Assembly (NCBI GenBank): GCA_017523925.1
Contig: JAFWVQ010000011.1
Coordinates: 32,731-96,730, forward strand
Direction: 5' to 3'
From: Clostridia bacterium
GTDB taxonomy: Bacteria; Bacillota; Clostridia; Christensenellales; CAG-138
Length of the DNA stretch: 64,000 bases
Made by a program: the position numbers and the translations under genes. Below the pieces are notes generated by a model. It made no database searches. It had not been told where the DNA came from and worked only from the letters and a program-made list of their open reading frames with translations. Numbering within the stretch: the first letter of the stretch is position 1; each line of letters opens with the position of its first letter. Positions 35,744-45,654 of this stretch are shown piece after piece.

Positions 35744-37672
35744 ATGACAAATATTTTTTCCGAAAAATTCGATATAATCGTTGCCGGCGCGGGTCATGCC
35801 GGAGTGGAGGCGGCGCTTGCCTGCGCGAGAATGGGGCTGCGCACGCTCTGCCTTTGCCTGAACCTCGACTCGGTCGCGCTCTGCGCCTGCAATCCCGCGA
35901 TCGGCGGAACGAGCAAGGGGCATCTCGTGCGCGAGATCGACGCGCTCGGCGGCGAGATGGGGCTTGCGGCGGACGAGACCTTTATCCAGATGCGAATGCT
36001 GAATCTGAGCAAGGGTCCGGCGGTGCATTCGCTGCGCGCGCAGATAGATAAATGCCGCTACCACCTGCGCATGAAGCGAGCGCTTGAAAGGGAAAATCTT
36101 ATTACAATAACTCAGGATGAATGCGAACGGATACTCGTTGAGAACGGGCGGGTAAAGGGTATCATCTGCGCGGGCGGGGCAAGCTACGCCTGCCGTGCGC
36201 TCGTCGTTTGCGCGGGCGTGTACCTCAAAAGCCGCATCCACATCGGCGAATACAGCCGCGAACAGGGTCCGAGCGGGCTTGCGCGCGCCGAGGGGCTCTC
36301 CGCTTCGCTTGCGGAGCTCGGCTTCAGCCTGCGCCGCTTCAAGACCGGCACGCCACCGCGCGTGCTGAAACGCAGCCTCGATCTAGAGAGGATGATCGAG
36401 CAGCCCGGGGACGTGCCGATACCGAAATTTTCCTTTATGACAATGGAAAATTCGCGACCGCAGCTCCCCTGCCACATGACCTATACGAACGAGCGGACGC
36501 ATGAGGCGATCCTTGCGGGGCTCGACCGCTCGCCGATGTTCAGCGGCAGGATCAACGCCGCGCCCACACGCTACTGCCCATCCATCGAGGACAAGCTCGT
36601 GCGCTTTGCGGATAAGGAGCGGCATCAGCTTTTCATTGAGCCCGAAGGAGAGTCTACGTCCGAAATGTACGTGCAAGGCTTCTCAACGAGCTTGCCGAGG
36701 GACGTGCAGCTTGCTGCGCTTCGCACGATCGAGGGCATCGAGCGCTGTGAAGTTACGCGCTGGGGGTACGCGATCGAGTACGACTGCATCGACCCGACCG
36801 CGCTCGAGCTGACGCTCGGCAGCCGCGATATCGCGGGGCTTTTCTTCGCGGGGCAGCTCAACGGCTCCAGCGGCTACGAGGAGGCCGCCGCGCAGGGCAT
36901 CCTTGCCGGTATCAACGCCGCGCAGTACGTTCGGGGCGAGCCGCCGCTCGTTTTGAAGCGGTCGGATGCGTATATCGGCGTGCTTGCGGACGATCTTGCG
37001 ACGAAGGGCACGAACGAGCCCTACCGCATGATGACGGGCAGGGCGGAATACCGATTGATACTGAGGCAGGACAACGCCGACCTTCGCCTAACCGAGTTCG
37101 GACGCAGTGTCGGGCTTGTTTCCGATGAACGATACGCTAAACTCATGCACAAAAAGGAAGAGATAGCGCGGGCGAAAATGGCGCTCGGCGCGGTCGTTCC
37201 CCCGAGTGAGGCGCTGAACGCGCTGCTTGAGGCGAAGGGGGAGAGCGGCGTGGTCACGGGAGTTCGCCTTTACGAGCTGCTTCGCCGCAATTCGATCGGC
37301 TATACGGACCTGCAAACGCTGCTCACCAGCCTGCCGAGCATTTCCGACGAGGCGCGGGAGCAGGTGGAGATCGAGGCGCATTACGGCGGGTATATCGAGC
37401 GCGAAAACGAGCGCATTCGGCGTTTTGAAAGCCAAGAAAGCATCGAACTGCCAAGCGATCTGGACTATTCTGCGATATCGGGCCTGCGGCTCGAGGCGCG
37501 GCAGAAGCTCGCCGCCCGCCGCCCGCGCAGCCTCGGGCAGGCAAGCCGCATTTCGGGCGTTTCGCCCTCGGATATCGCGGTGCTTTTGATAAGGCTGAAG
37601 GCGATTGGCGCGGATAGATCGAGCGAAAAATCAAGCGAAAATTCGAGCGAAAGCGGGGGTGAGAGCAAGTGA
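35744..37672 (+). CDS. mnmG: tRNA uridine-5-carboxymethylaminomethyl(34) synthesis enzyme MnmG (GidA)
   Basis: FAD fold FDIIVAGAGHAGVEAALACARMG, NPAIGGTSKGHLVREIDALGG, and a typical length of 642 aa. Confidence 0.95.
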   Translation: MTNIFSEKFDIIVAGAGHAGVEAALACARMGLRTLCLCLNLDSVALCACNPAIGGTSKGHLVREIDALGGEMGLAADETFIQMRMLNLSKGPAVHSLRAQIDKCRYHLRMKRALERENLITITQDECERILVENGRVKGIICAGGASYACRALVVCAGVYLKSRIHIGEYSREQGPSGLARAEGLSASLAELGFSLRRFKTGTPPRVLKRSLDLERMIEQPGDVPIPKFSFMTMENSRPQLPCHMTYTNERTHEAILAGLDRSPMFSGRINAAPTRYCPSIEDKLVRFADKERHQLFIEPEGESTSEMYVQGFSTSLPRDVQLAALRTIEGIERCEVTRWGYAIEYDCIDPTALELTLGSRDIAGLFFAGQLNGSSGYEEAAAQGILAGINAAQYVRGEPPLVLKRSDAYIGVLADDLATKGTNEPYRMMTGRAEYRLILRQDNADLRLTEFGRSVGLVSDERYAKLMHKKEEIARAKMALGAVVPPSEALNALLEAKGESGVVTGVRLYELLRRNSIGYTDLQTLLTSLPSISDEAREQVEIEAHYGGYIERENERIRRFESQESIELPSDLDYSAISGLRLEARQKLAARRPRSLGQASRISGVSPSDIAVLLIRLKAIGADRSSEKSSENSSESGGESK

Positions 37673-38382
37673 AGCAGCAGGTGGTGCCGGATAGCGGCAG
37701 GGTGCGCGAGCTGATCGCGCGGCATATTCCGCAGGCGGATAAAACGCAGACGGAGCAGCTAATTACCTATTATGAAATGCTTATCGAGCGCAACAACGTG
37801 ATGAATCTGACCGCCGTGACCGATCCGGAGGGCGTGGTGCTGCGGCATTTTGCGGACAGCCTTCTGCCCATGGACGCGATCGCGGAGGGAGCAAGCGTTA
37901 TCGACGTTGGCACGGGCGCGGGGCTCCCGGGCGTTCCGCTTCGGATAATGCGCCCCGATATCGAGCTGACGCTGCTCGATTCTCTCAATAAACGCATAGC
38001 TTTTTTGGATGAGGTGAACGCTGCGCTCTCGCTCGGGGCGACCACTGTCCACGCGCGCGCCGAGGACGGCGGCAGGGACGGGGCTTTCCGCGAACGCTTC
38101 GACCACGCGCTCTCGCGCGCCGTTGCGGAGCTGCGCATCGTGGCGGAGTGGACGCTGCCCTTCGTCAAGGTCGGCGGCAGCTCGATCATGTACAAGGGCC
38201 CCGGCGCATCGGAGGAGCTTGAAAACGCGGGGAGCGCGCTGAAATTACTGAACGCCAAAGCAAAAATACTGAAATACGAGCCCGAATGGGGCGAAAGAAA
38301 TATCGTGATTGCAAAGAAGACCGCGCCGACGCCCGCGAAGTATCCGCGGAAAGCGGGAACGGCGGGGAAGAACCCGCTGTGA
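37669..38382 (+). CDS. rsmG: 16S rRNA (guanine527-N7)-methyltransferase RsmG (GidB)
   Basis: NVMNLTAVTDPEGVVLRHFADSL and the SAM motif VIDVGTGAGLPGVPL. The GTG start overlaps the mnmG stop. Confidence 0.9.
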   Translation: MKQQVVPDSGRVRELIARHIPQADKTQTEQLITYYEMLIERNNVMNLTAVTDPEGVVLRHFADSLLPMDAIAEGASVIDVGTGAGLPGVPLRIMRPDIELTLLDSLNKRIAFLDEVNAALSLGATTVHARAEDGGRDGAFRERFDHALSRAVAELRIVAEWTLPFVKVGGSSIMYKGPGASEELENAGSALKLLNAKAKILKYEPEWGERNIVIAKKTAPTPAKYPRKAGTAGKNPL

Positions 38383-38385
38383 GGT

Positions 38386-38455
38386 TTAGTGAATAGTGAA
38401 TAATGAATAATGAATAGTTGTGGTGGAAATTCAAAAGGAATTTCTTCAAATTATA
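38386..38455 (+). repeat. Composite intergenic repeat family, forward orientation (single core unit)
   Basis: TTAGTGAATAGTGAATAATGAATAATGAATAGTTGTGGTGGAAATTCaaaaGGAATTTCTTCAAATT starts 4 nt after the rsmG stop. Confidence 0.85.
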
Positions 38456-38581
38456 TTTTTTAGTACGCCCCGTGGGATCTCTTCTGATTTGGTATTCTGC
38501 TTCGCACTTCTGTGCGATCGGTTTGATCGCAAAGCCTGCTTCTCTCCCGACGAGCATGGGACAAAAAGGGCGCATCATATT

Positions 38582-38590
38582 TGGTATAAT
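38582..38590 (+). promoter_or_regulatory. Extended -10 element upstream of addB
   Basis: TGGTATAAT. No good -35 is visible. Confidence 0.4.
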
Positions 38591-38629
38591 TCGTTACAAT
38601 GAGCGGGAAAGTCAGCTCGAAAAGCAAAG

Positions 38630-38695
38630 TGTTGCCAAAGCGTAATCAAAGCGTAAACTATGCGTAAACAAAGAGTAAATAAAGTGTAGGGTAAA
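38630..38695 (+). repeat. Six tandem 11-bp units in the addB leader
   Basis: GTGTTGCCAAA GCGTAATCAAA GCGTAAACTAT GCGTAAACAAA GAGTAAATAAA GTGTAGGGTAAAAAA, ending 6 nt before the addB ATG. Confidence 0.75.
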
Positions 38696-38701
38696 AAAGC
38701 T

Positions 38702-41700
38702 ATGTCAGCAAGCGTAAAATTCATTCTCGGCCGCAGCGGCAGCGGCAAGACCCACGCCGTATTCAGCGCCATCATCGAGCGCGAGCTGCGCGGCGAGGCC
38801 TCCGTGCTGATCGTGCCGGACCGCGCCACCTTTGAGACCGAGCGCGCGCTCGGAGCGGCGATCGGCGAAGCGGCGGGCCGCCCCGGCGGTATGATGCACA
38901 CGAGCGTGGTCTCCTTCACGCGCCTTGCGCACCGCGTTCTTTCGGAAACGGGCAGCAGGCACACTAACCTCTCCTCCGAGGGGCGGCTGATGCTGCTTCG
39001 TCGCATCCTCGATGAAAACAGATCCGCGCTCACCTCGTTTGCGCGGGTCTGCACGCATCGCGGCTTTGCCGAGGAATGCGACGAAATTATTCTAAAATGC
39101 AAGCGCTTTTCCATCGAGCCGCAGGAGCTTTTTGAGGCAAACGTTCCCGAAAGGCTCAAAAAGAAGCTCGCCGATTTCGCGCTGATCTACCAAAAGCTTG
39201 GCGAGCGCATGCGGGATAGATACATCGACGGCGAGGACCTTGTGAATTCGCTCGTTGACCGCATCCCGCTCTCAAGCCTGCGCGGCGCCGCCATATTCAT
39301 CGACGCGCCCGATATGCTGAGCGCGCAGAGCCTGCGTATCATAGAAAAATTCTTTTACTCCGCGTCCTCCGTGGTCGTCACCTTCCGTGCAGACGTCGCC
39401 TGCCGCGAGGCCAATGCGGGGCTGTTTCTGCCCGATCTCGGCTATTACGGCAAGCTGCTTTCGCTTGCAAACGAGGCTGGCTGCGCGGTCGAGACCGTTC
39501 GGCTGATGGGCAACAAGCGCCATGCCTCCGCCGCTCTCGCGCATCTTGAAACGGTGCTGTTTTCGCACACCCCCGCCGCTTTCACGGAGAGCGCGCGCGA
39601 GATCGAGCTGCATGGCTCCATCGACGCGCTGCACGAGGTTCAGGAGGCCGCCGCCGTGATCAGAGCGGCCGTTTTGGGCGGGCTTCGCTACCGCGATATC
39701 GCCGTTGCGGTGAACGGGCTTTCCGCCTACGCCGAAACAATCCGCCGCGCGTTCAAGGCCGCGGGCATACCCTTCTTCATGGACGCCAAGCGCCGCGTTG
39801 CCTCGCACCCGGTCGCCGAGCTGATACTCGCCGCGCTGCGCTGCGCCGAAAAGGGCTTCCGCGGGGAGGATTTCATCCGCGTTATGAAGACTGGGCTGAC
39901 CGATTTTTCCGATGAAACGCTTGAAAAACTTGAGAACCACATCCTCCGCTTCGCACTCTGCGGCAATAGGCTGACGAGCGATGAACCCAGCGTCGTCAAC
40001 GCTTCCGATATCAAGGATCTGGACGAGATCGAGCGGGCGCGCATCGCGATAGCCAAGCCGCTGCTCGCTCTGCGCGAGCGTCTCGGCGAGGACGGCAGCC
40101 GCGCCGCAAGCGTTCGTGCCGCCGCGCTCTACGCCTATCTTGAGGATATGAGGACTGCCGAAAAGCTTATGGAAAGCTTCGAGCGGCTCAAGCAGGACCC
40201 CGAGACCCTGCCTTACGCGCTCGAGAACCGCCAGGTTTACAACACCGTTATCGAGCTGCTCGATCAGATCCACGTTATAATCGGGGATGAGCCGATCGGG
40301 CTGTCGCGCTTTGCTTCCGTGGTGCGCGAGGGGCTCGAGGCTTACGAGATCGCCATCATCCCCACCACGCTCGACCAGGTGCTGGTGGGCGACGTGAGCT
40401 CGATCCACCCGGCGGACGTGCGGTTTCTGCTCGTGCTCGGCGCGGGCGAGGGGCGTTTCCCGGCGCTTCGGGAGGATAACCGCATCATAAACGACCGCGA
40501 GCTCGAGGCGATGCAGTCGGCGGGGCTCAAGGTTTGGGAGAGCACCGCGAGCATGGACGCCGCCGAGCGCCTGCGCGTTTATTCGCTTCTGTGCCGCGCA
40601 AGCGAGCGGCTGTATCTCTCGTTCGTGCGCGATTCGGGCAGCGTGGACGAGCTTGCGCGCTCAAGCTCGCTCATCAAGCATATCGGCGGCATCTTTAAGA
40701 AGTGCCGCAGAAATAACGGCGAAACCGAGCTTTCCTCCGCGCTGATCGGCGCTTCCTCCGATGAAACGGCCTTCGCGGCGCTTGCGGAGGGGCTGCGCGG
40801 CTTTATCGACACCGGCGTTCCCGAGCCGGAGCTCGCGCCGCTGTACGCGCATTTCAGAGCGAGCGAAAAATACGCGCCGCTTCTTTCACGGCTTGAAGAT
40901 TCCTATTACAGCAGGGAAGCGCTCCTTCCCCTCGGCGCACAGACCGCGCTTGAACTATACGGCAGAAGGATGACCGGCAGCGTTTCGAGGCTCGAGACCT
41001 TCAACAAATGCCCCTATCGCCACCTGATGCAGTTCGGGCTCAACCTGAACGAGCGCAAGGTGCATGGAATGAACGGCGCGGACTACGGCACGCTCGTGCA
41101 CGACGCGCTCGATAAGCTCATTTCATCCTATATCAACGAGCTCGAGGCGAAGCAGGCGAGCCCCGCCGACGCGAACGCGCTGTTTGCTTCGCTGACGGTC
41201 GAGGATATCGACGCAAGGCTGAACACCATCCTGCCCGAGCTTGTGGAAAGCTTCCTGCACGGCCTCCTGCTCGAATCCGCCTCCATGCGCGCCGAGCTTG
41301 CAAGGATACGGCGCATGATCCGCGATTCCGCGCTCGCCATAATGCGCCAGCTCGCCGCAGGCAGGTTCCGCCCTTACAAAACCGAGCTGCGCTTCGGCAT
41401 GGATGACGGCGACCCGCAGGCACTGCCCGCGCTCGAGATCGAGGGCAGCGGGGGCGTGGTTTTCCGCATCAGGGGCGTTATCGACAGGGTGGACCTTTTC
41501 ACCCCGGGAAGCGCCGAGGAAGACGAAAGTGCGGAGTATTTTCGCATCGTGGACTATAAAACCTACGACTCGAGATTCGATTTTACGGACCTTGAGCACG
41601 GCCTTCGCGTGCAGCTCCCGCTGTATGCCGCGGCGGTCGAGGCGGGCTTTGAGGCAAGCCGCAGGATGAGCGCGGCGGGCTTCTACTATCAGCATATCCA

Positions 41701-42142
41701 CACGCCGAAGGTCACCGTGGAGGCCGAGCGCGAAAACACGGTTCAGACCGGGCTCAGGCTCCACGGGCCGACGCTTAACGAAGAAACGGTGATCCGCGCA
41801 ACGGACGAGCATATGGACGGCAGGTCCTCGGTCGTTATCGGGCTCGCATTCAGCAAAAGCAAAAATGCCTATACCGGAAGGCTGCTCGTGACGACCGGTG
41901 AGCTTGAAAGCGCGGCGAAGCGCGCCAAGACAGTTGCCACCGACACGCTGAACGCCATCATGCAGGGCAGGGCGGATATCAGCCCGTACCGCAGCGGCAG
42001 CTCACACGCCTGCACCGCATGCAGCTACTCGAGCGTTTGCCGCTTCGACACCATGGCGGGGGACAGGTTCCGCAGGCTGCGCGGCATCTCGAAGGAGGAA
42101 TTCTTCGAGCGAGATCAAGGAAAGGAGGAGAAATCGGAATGA
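38702..42142 (+). CDS. addB: Helicase-nuclease AddAB subunit B (AddB/RexB)
   Basis: N-terminal Walker A FILGRSGSGKTH. The C-terminal RecB-type nuclease has Fe-S cysteines (FNKCPYRHLMQFGL...ACTACSYSSVCRF). Length 1146 aa. Confidence 0.9.
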   Translation: MSASVKFILGRSGSGKTHAVFSAIIERELRGEASVLIVPDRATFETERALGAAIGEAAGRPGGMMHTSVVSFTRLAHRVLSETGSRHTNLSSEGRLMLLRRILDENRSALTSFARVCTHRGFAEECDEIILKCKRFSIEPQELFEANVPERLKKKLADFALIYQKLGERMRDRYIDGEDLVNSLVDRIPLSSLRGAAIFIDAPDMLSAQSLRIIEKFFYSASSVVVTFRADVACREANAGLFLPDLGYYGKLLSLANEAGCAVETVRLMGNKRHASAALAHLETVLFSHTPAAFTESAREIELHGSIDALHEVQEAAAVIRAAVLGGLRYRDIAVAVNGLSAYAETIRRAFKAAGIPFFMDAKRRVASHPVAELILAALRCAEKGFRGEDFIRVMKTGLTDFSDETLEKLENHILRFALCGNRLTSDEPSVVNASDIKDLDEIERARIAIAKPLLALRERLGEDGSRAASVRAAALYAYLEDMRTAEKLMESFERLKQDPETLPYALENRQVYNTVIELLDQIHVIIGDEPIGLSRFASVVREGLEAYEIAIIPTTLDQVLVGDVSSIHPADVRFLLVLGAGEGRFPALREDNRIINDRELEAMQSAGLKVWESTASMDAAERLRVYSLLCRASERLYLSFVRDSGSVDELARSSSLIKHIGGIFKKCRRNNGETELSSALIGASSDETAFAALAEGLRGFIDTGVPEPELAPLYAHFRASEKYAPLLSRLEDSYYSREALLPLGAQTALELYGRRMTGSVSRLETFNKCPYRHLMQFGLNLNERKVHGMNGADYGTLVHDALDKLISSYINELEAKQASPADANALFASLTVEDIDARLNTILPELVESFLHGLLLESASMRAELARIRRMIRDSALAIMRQLAAGRFRPYKTELRFGMDDGDPQALPALEIEGSGGVVFRIRGVIDRVDLFTPGSAEEDESAEYFRIVDYKTYDSRFDFTDLEHGLRVQLPLYAAAVEAGFEASRRMSAAGFYYQHIHTPKVTVEAERENTVQTGLRLHGPTLNEETVIRATDEHMDGRSSVVIGLAFSKSKNAYTGRLLVTTGELESAAKRAKTVATDTLNAIMQGRADISPYRSGSSHACTACSYSSVCRFDTMAGDRFRRLRGISKEEFFERDQGKEEKSE

Positions 42143-42426
42143 AGCTTTCGATCTATCAGACGGCGCTTATTGCATTCCTCGGCGTAATGAACCTGATCGC
42201 CTTCATTTTGATGGGCGCGGATAAGAGGCGGGCCGAGCGAAAGCGTTGGCGCATCCCCGAAAAAACGCTGTTTTTATCGGCAATCTTCGGCGGAAGCCTT
42301 GGCTCGCTGCTCGGTATGTATTTTTTCAGGCATAAGACGAGGCATTGGTATTTCTGCCTGTTCATTCCGCTGATTCTGCTTGCGCATATCGCGCTCGGAT
42401 ACTTCTTTTTCGATAAGCTGCGCTGA
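42139..42426 (+). CDS. DUF1294-family small membrane protein
   Basis: The start ATG 42139 overlaps the addB stop (ATGA), with AGGAGGAG upstream. MGADKRRAERKRWRIPEKTLFLSAIFGGSLGSLLGMYFFRHKTRH is the DUF1294 signature. Confidence 0.75.
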   Translation: MKLSIYQTALIAFLGVMNLIAFILMGADKRRAERKRWRIPEKTLFLSAIFGGSLGSLLGMYFFRHKTRHWYFCLFIPLILLAHIALGYFFFDKLR

Positions 42427-42501
42427 TCGAAGCGGAGAGGGGAACACGGAAAACCGTAAGTGAAAAAGTAAACGAGACAAATAAAAAGAAACAAAAAAAG
42501 A

Positions 42502-42530
42502 AAAGGCTTTTGCTCAGCGCAAAGGCCTTT
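42502..42530. terminator. Bidirectional terminator between convergent genes
   Basis: AAAGGCTTTTGC-tcagc-GCAAAGGCCTTT, flanked by an A-run upstream and TTGATCTGTT downstream. Confidence 0.6.
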
Positions 42531-42587
42531 GATCTGTTAAATGGTATTTTCTGATGAAGCGCGAAACGCCGATCGGATGCAAAAGCA

Positions 42588-42923
42588 TCAGTCGTGCGAA
42601 GAATTGAGCAGCGTCACCTGATCGCCGAGCGCCTGGATGATGCTGTCCTTCATTTTCTGGGCATAGGGGCAGGGGAAGCAGATATCGCGGCCCTTCTGGA
42701 TGCAGGTGGAAAACGCGATGATCTGTGCGCCCTGCTCGGCGAGCTTCTTTGCGCGAAGGACCACGCGATTGCCGGGGCAGCCGCCGCAGTTGCAGAAGCC
42801 GACCAGGTCTATATCCTCCTTGATATCGGCAAAGGCGCCGGTATGGTTTTTGACCGCAAGAAAATCATCGGTGCCGGGACAGATGTCCTCGGTCTGCATG
42901 CACCTGATAATGCCGACTTTCAT
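42588..42923 (-). CDS. CGGC-domain protein
   Basis: I place the start at ATG 42923 (AAGGAG 7 nt upstream). It has Cys motifs IIRCMQTEDICPG and FCNCGGCPG. Confidence 0.7.
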   Translation of the reverse strand: MKVGIIRCMQTEDICPGTDDFLAVKNHTGAFADIKEDIDLVGFCNCGGCPGNRVVLRAKKLAEQGAQIIAFSTCIQKGRDICFPCPYAQKMKDSIIQALGDQVTLLNSSHD

Positions 42924-43038
42924 GACAAGTCTCCTTTCATGCACTACTCCATTTGGTGCATTATAGCATGATTGCCGCCTATAATCAATGGCTAACTAAA
43001 ATATATACTGAATAATTCTCACTGTATATGGTCTTATG

Positions 43039-43980
43039 TTATGCCTTTTTGAAATCTCCCACGCCGTTCAGCTCCATCGCACGCTTATACGCGGCGTTTT
43101 TCGGCATATCCAGCGCTTCCGAAGCAATGCGGGCGGCTGATTTAACGGAAACGCCCTCTGAAAGCAGCGCGTTCAGCAGCGCGTCGAGCTTGCCGTTTTC
43201 CCCGCCCGCGGCCTCATTCTCCGCCGCGCCGAAAAGCAGCACGCATTCGCCCTTCGGCGGCTCGGCGGCAAAGCGCTCCGCAAGCGCCCGCACGCTTCCG
43301 CGCACGCATTGTTCGAATGCCTTGGTCAGCTCCCGCACCAGCGCGCAGGGGCGGGCGGAGGCGTCGCCCCCTGCCGAATCGATCGCGGCGGCGATCTCGT
43401 CAAGCGTTGCGCCCACGCGCAGCGGGCTTTCGTAGATGCAAACGGTCTGCGCGCTCGAAGCGAGTTTTTCGATGCATTGGCGCCGCTGTGCGCCGCTTCT
43501 CGGAAGAAAACCGATGAAAAGCAGGCTTTGAGTATCAAGCCCGCTCATTATCCAGGCCGTGGTCATCGCGCTTGCGCCGGGCTGCACCTCAAACGGCAGC
43601 TCCCGCTCGATGAACCTTGCTATCAGCGCCGCGCCGGGGTCGGAAACGCCGGGCATGCCCGCGTCGCTCACGAAGGCGACCGCCTCGCCCGAAGCCACCT
43701 CGTCCGCGATGCGCTCGGCGCGCGCCTTTTCGTTGTGCTCGTGGCAGCTTTCAAGGGGCTTTTTGATGCCGAGCGCGTTGAGAAGCTTCAGCGTGCTGCG
43801 CGTGTCCTCGCAGTAGATCCGCTTCACTCCCGCAAGCGTGGCGATCGTGCGAAGCGTGATGTCGCCGAGGTTGCCTATCGGCGTTGCGCAGAGATAGAGC
43901 TTCGCGGGAAGCTCGGGCGCATCCGCATCAAGCGCAAGCTTTTCACTTATAAAATCGAGTAATTTTCTATTCTCCGTCAT
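43039..43980 (-). CDS. rsmI: 16S rRNA (cytidine1402-2'-O)-methyltransferase RsmI
   Basis: Tetrapyrrole-methylase fold: LYLCATPIGNLGDITLR, IYCEDTR, VSDAGMPGVSDPG. I place the start at ATG 43980, overlapping the upstream gene by 14 nt. Confidence 0.85.
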   Translation of the reverse strand: MTENRKLLDFISEKLALDADAPELPAKLYLCATPIGNLGDITLRTIATLAGVKRIYCEDTRSTLKLLNALGIKKPLESCHEHNEKARAERIADEVASGEAVAFVSDAGMPGVSDPGAALIARFIERELPFEVQPGASAMTTAWIMSGLDTQSLLFIGFLPRSGAQRRQCIEKLASSAQTVCIYESPLRVGATLDEIAAAIDSAGGDASARPCALVRELTKAFEQCVRGSVRALAERFAAEPPKGECVLLFGAAENEAAGGENGKLDALLNALLSEGVSVKSAARIASEALDMPKNAAYKRAMELNGVGDFKKA

Positions 43981-44875
43981 AATAACCGCGCACCTCCTCG
44001 GTATAGGCTCCGCATTCGTCGAGCAGCACGAGCTCATCCTCGATAACAAGCCCCGGCTTCGCGCCGTGCTTGGCGCGTATCAGCGCAAGATAGGGTCTTT
44101 TGCCCGCCGCCGTGCGGACCAGGCGCAGCACCTTGGGCTCGAGCGCGTTCAATGAAAGCGCCGTCATCGCCTCGGAGAGCCTTTCGGCGGGAAAGCACAG
44201 GCTGAAGCTGCCGCCGAATTTGAGCCTTGCGCGCACCGCCGAGGCAAGCGAGCGTATATCCGCGCTGCTTTCGTGGGTCGCGCCCGGATGCTTCGGCGCG
44301 CCGCCGCTGCCCGCTCGAAAATACGGCGGATTGCAGACCGCGTGATCGAATTTTTTCGCGTTTGCGGGCGGTTTTTCGAGAAAGTCCGCGCAAACCACCT
44401 CCACCCTGCCGATGCCGTTCGCCGCGCCCGTTTCGCTCTGCGTTTTCGACTCATTCGACTCATTCGACTCATTCGACTCTCTCGATTCGCTCGGCCCCGT
44501 CAGCCCGTTCAGCGCCAGGCTCCTTTCAAGCCGAGAGCACTGCTCCGCGTCGATCTCCACGGCGGTCACGCTCAGCCCCGTTTTGGCGGCTATCAGCAGC
44601 GCGATCGCGCCGGAGCCCGCGCCAAGGTCCGCAACGCGCGCATCCTTCGCGGCGTTTTTCAGCGCACGGAGCGCAAAATGCGTCAGCAGCACCGAGTCGG
44701 TCCCGAAGCGGAAGGCGGCGGGGGACTGGATCAGCCGGAGCCCGCGGCACTGCAGCTCGTCCACCCTTTCGCCGGGCAGAACGAGCTCCGCTTTATCGGC
44801 AGCAAGCCCCGCTTTATCGGAAAAAAGCCCGCTTTCCACGGGCTTTTCTTTGGTTGTGATGCGCTCGCTCGTCAC
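43967..44875 (-). CDS. N6-adenine (tRNA1(Val) m6A37-type, YabB/YfiC-like) methyltransferase
   Basis: SAM motif VADLGAGSGAIALL and the catalytic NPPY (VCNPPYF). It neighbours rsmI, which matches the B. subtilis yabB-yabC neighbourhood as I recall it. The GTG start overlaps the cvpA-like stop (GTGA). Confidence 0.75.
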   Translation of the reverse strand: MTSERITTKEKPVESGLFSDKAGLAADKAELVLPGERVDELQCRGLRLIQSPAAFRFGTDSVLLTHFALRALKNAAKDARVADLGAGSGAIALLIAAKTGLSVTAVEIDAEQCSRLERSLALNGLTGPSESRESNESNESNESKTQSETGAANGIGRVEVVCADFLEKPPANAKKFDHAVCNPPYFRAGSGGAPKHPGATHESSADIRSLASAVRARLKFGGSFSLCFPAERLSEAMTALSLNALEPKVLRLVRTAAGKRPYLALIRAKHGAKPGLVIEDELVLLDECGAYTEEVRGYYDGE

Positions 44876-45585
44876 AGCACGCCGGGTATGAGCCTCAGTA
44901 TGAGGTTCGAATTATACAGGAAGGTGGCGAGCGTGCTGCCACTGATAAGCTCCTCGATCTGGTCGAAGGGGAGCACCGTCAGCACCACAGGCGTTACCAT
45001 AAACACCACCGAAACGTCGATGAGGCCGCGAATGAAGCCGACCGCGCCGCCCGCGATCTGATCGGTGAGCGGGATGCGCAGCTTGGGGAACCTGTATGAA
45101 TAATCCGCCCAGCTTATCAGCACCGTCAGCAGTATCCTCGAGATCAGGTAGATAAGGATGAAGGAAACGATGTTCACAAACACCATTACCTTGCTCTGGT
45201 TGAAGTATTCGCCAAGCGTGGTCACGCCGCGGCTCTTGAGCGCCTCGGACATGATGTTGTCGCGCACGCGATCGCGGAAGGGGAAGGGGAGGTTGCTGCG
45301 CTCCATGATCTCGTCGATCTCGGCGTTGGTCAGCGTGGTTATATCCCTGTCCACAAGGTCCACGTTGTAGATGTCCTCCCTGCCCTCGGTGTAGCTGAGC
45401 ATGGCGGAATAGATGCCCTGGTTGTTCGCGATCAGCCTCGAGACCGAGCCCATGAAGATGAACGCGATCAGAAGCGAAAGCACGGATGCGCCGAGCGCCG
45501 CAAGGTTCCAGAGGAAGCCCTTGTAAACGCCCGCAAGCACGAACAGTGCAAACACCGCTATTATCGCAAGATTCATTATTCCCAT
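44872..45585 (-). CDS. CvpA-family membrane protein
   Basis: It has four TM segments, with an N-terminus MNLAIIAVFALFVLAGVYKGFLWNLAALGASVLSLLIAFIF typical of CvpA-like proteins. Confidence 0.55.
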   Translation of the reverse strand: MGIMNLAIIAVFALFVLAGVYKGFLWNLAALGASVLSLLIAFIFMGSVSRLIANNQGIYSAMLSYTEGREDIYNVDLVDRDITTLTNAEIDEIMERSNLPFPFRDRVRDNIMSEALKSRGVTTLGEYFNQSKVMVFVNIVSFILIYLISRILLTVLISWADYSYRFPKLRIPLTDQIAGGAVGFIRGLIDVSVVFMVTPVVLTVLPFDQIEELISGSTLATFLYNSNLILRLIPGVL

Positions 45586-45654
45586 ATCAAAAGGTTCGTT
45601 CCTTTCAGAGATTCTTCGAAGCTTTTCATCATGCTTCGTGATCGTTGTGTTTTA

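Noticed and set aside
38186-39159. Minus-strand ORFs 38186..38578 and 38575..39159, across the rsmG-addB spacer and the addB 5' end.
   Set aside because: They overlap rsmG and addB or the repeat element, lack Shine-Dalgarno sequences, and have junk-like Ser/Arg-rich translations.
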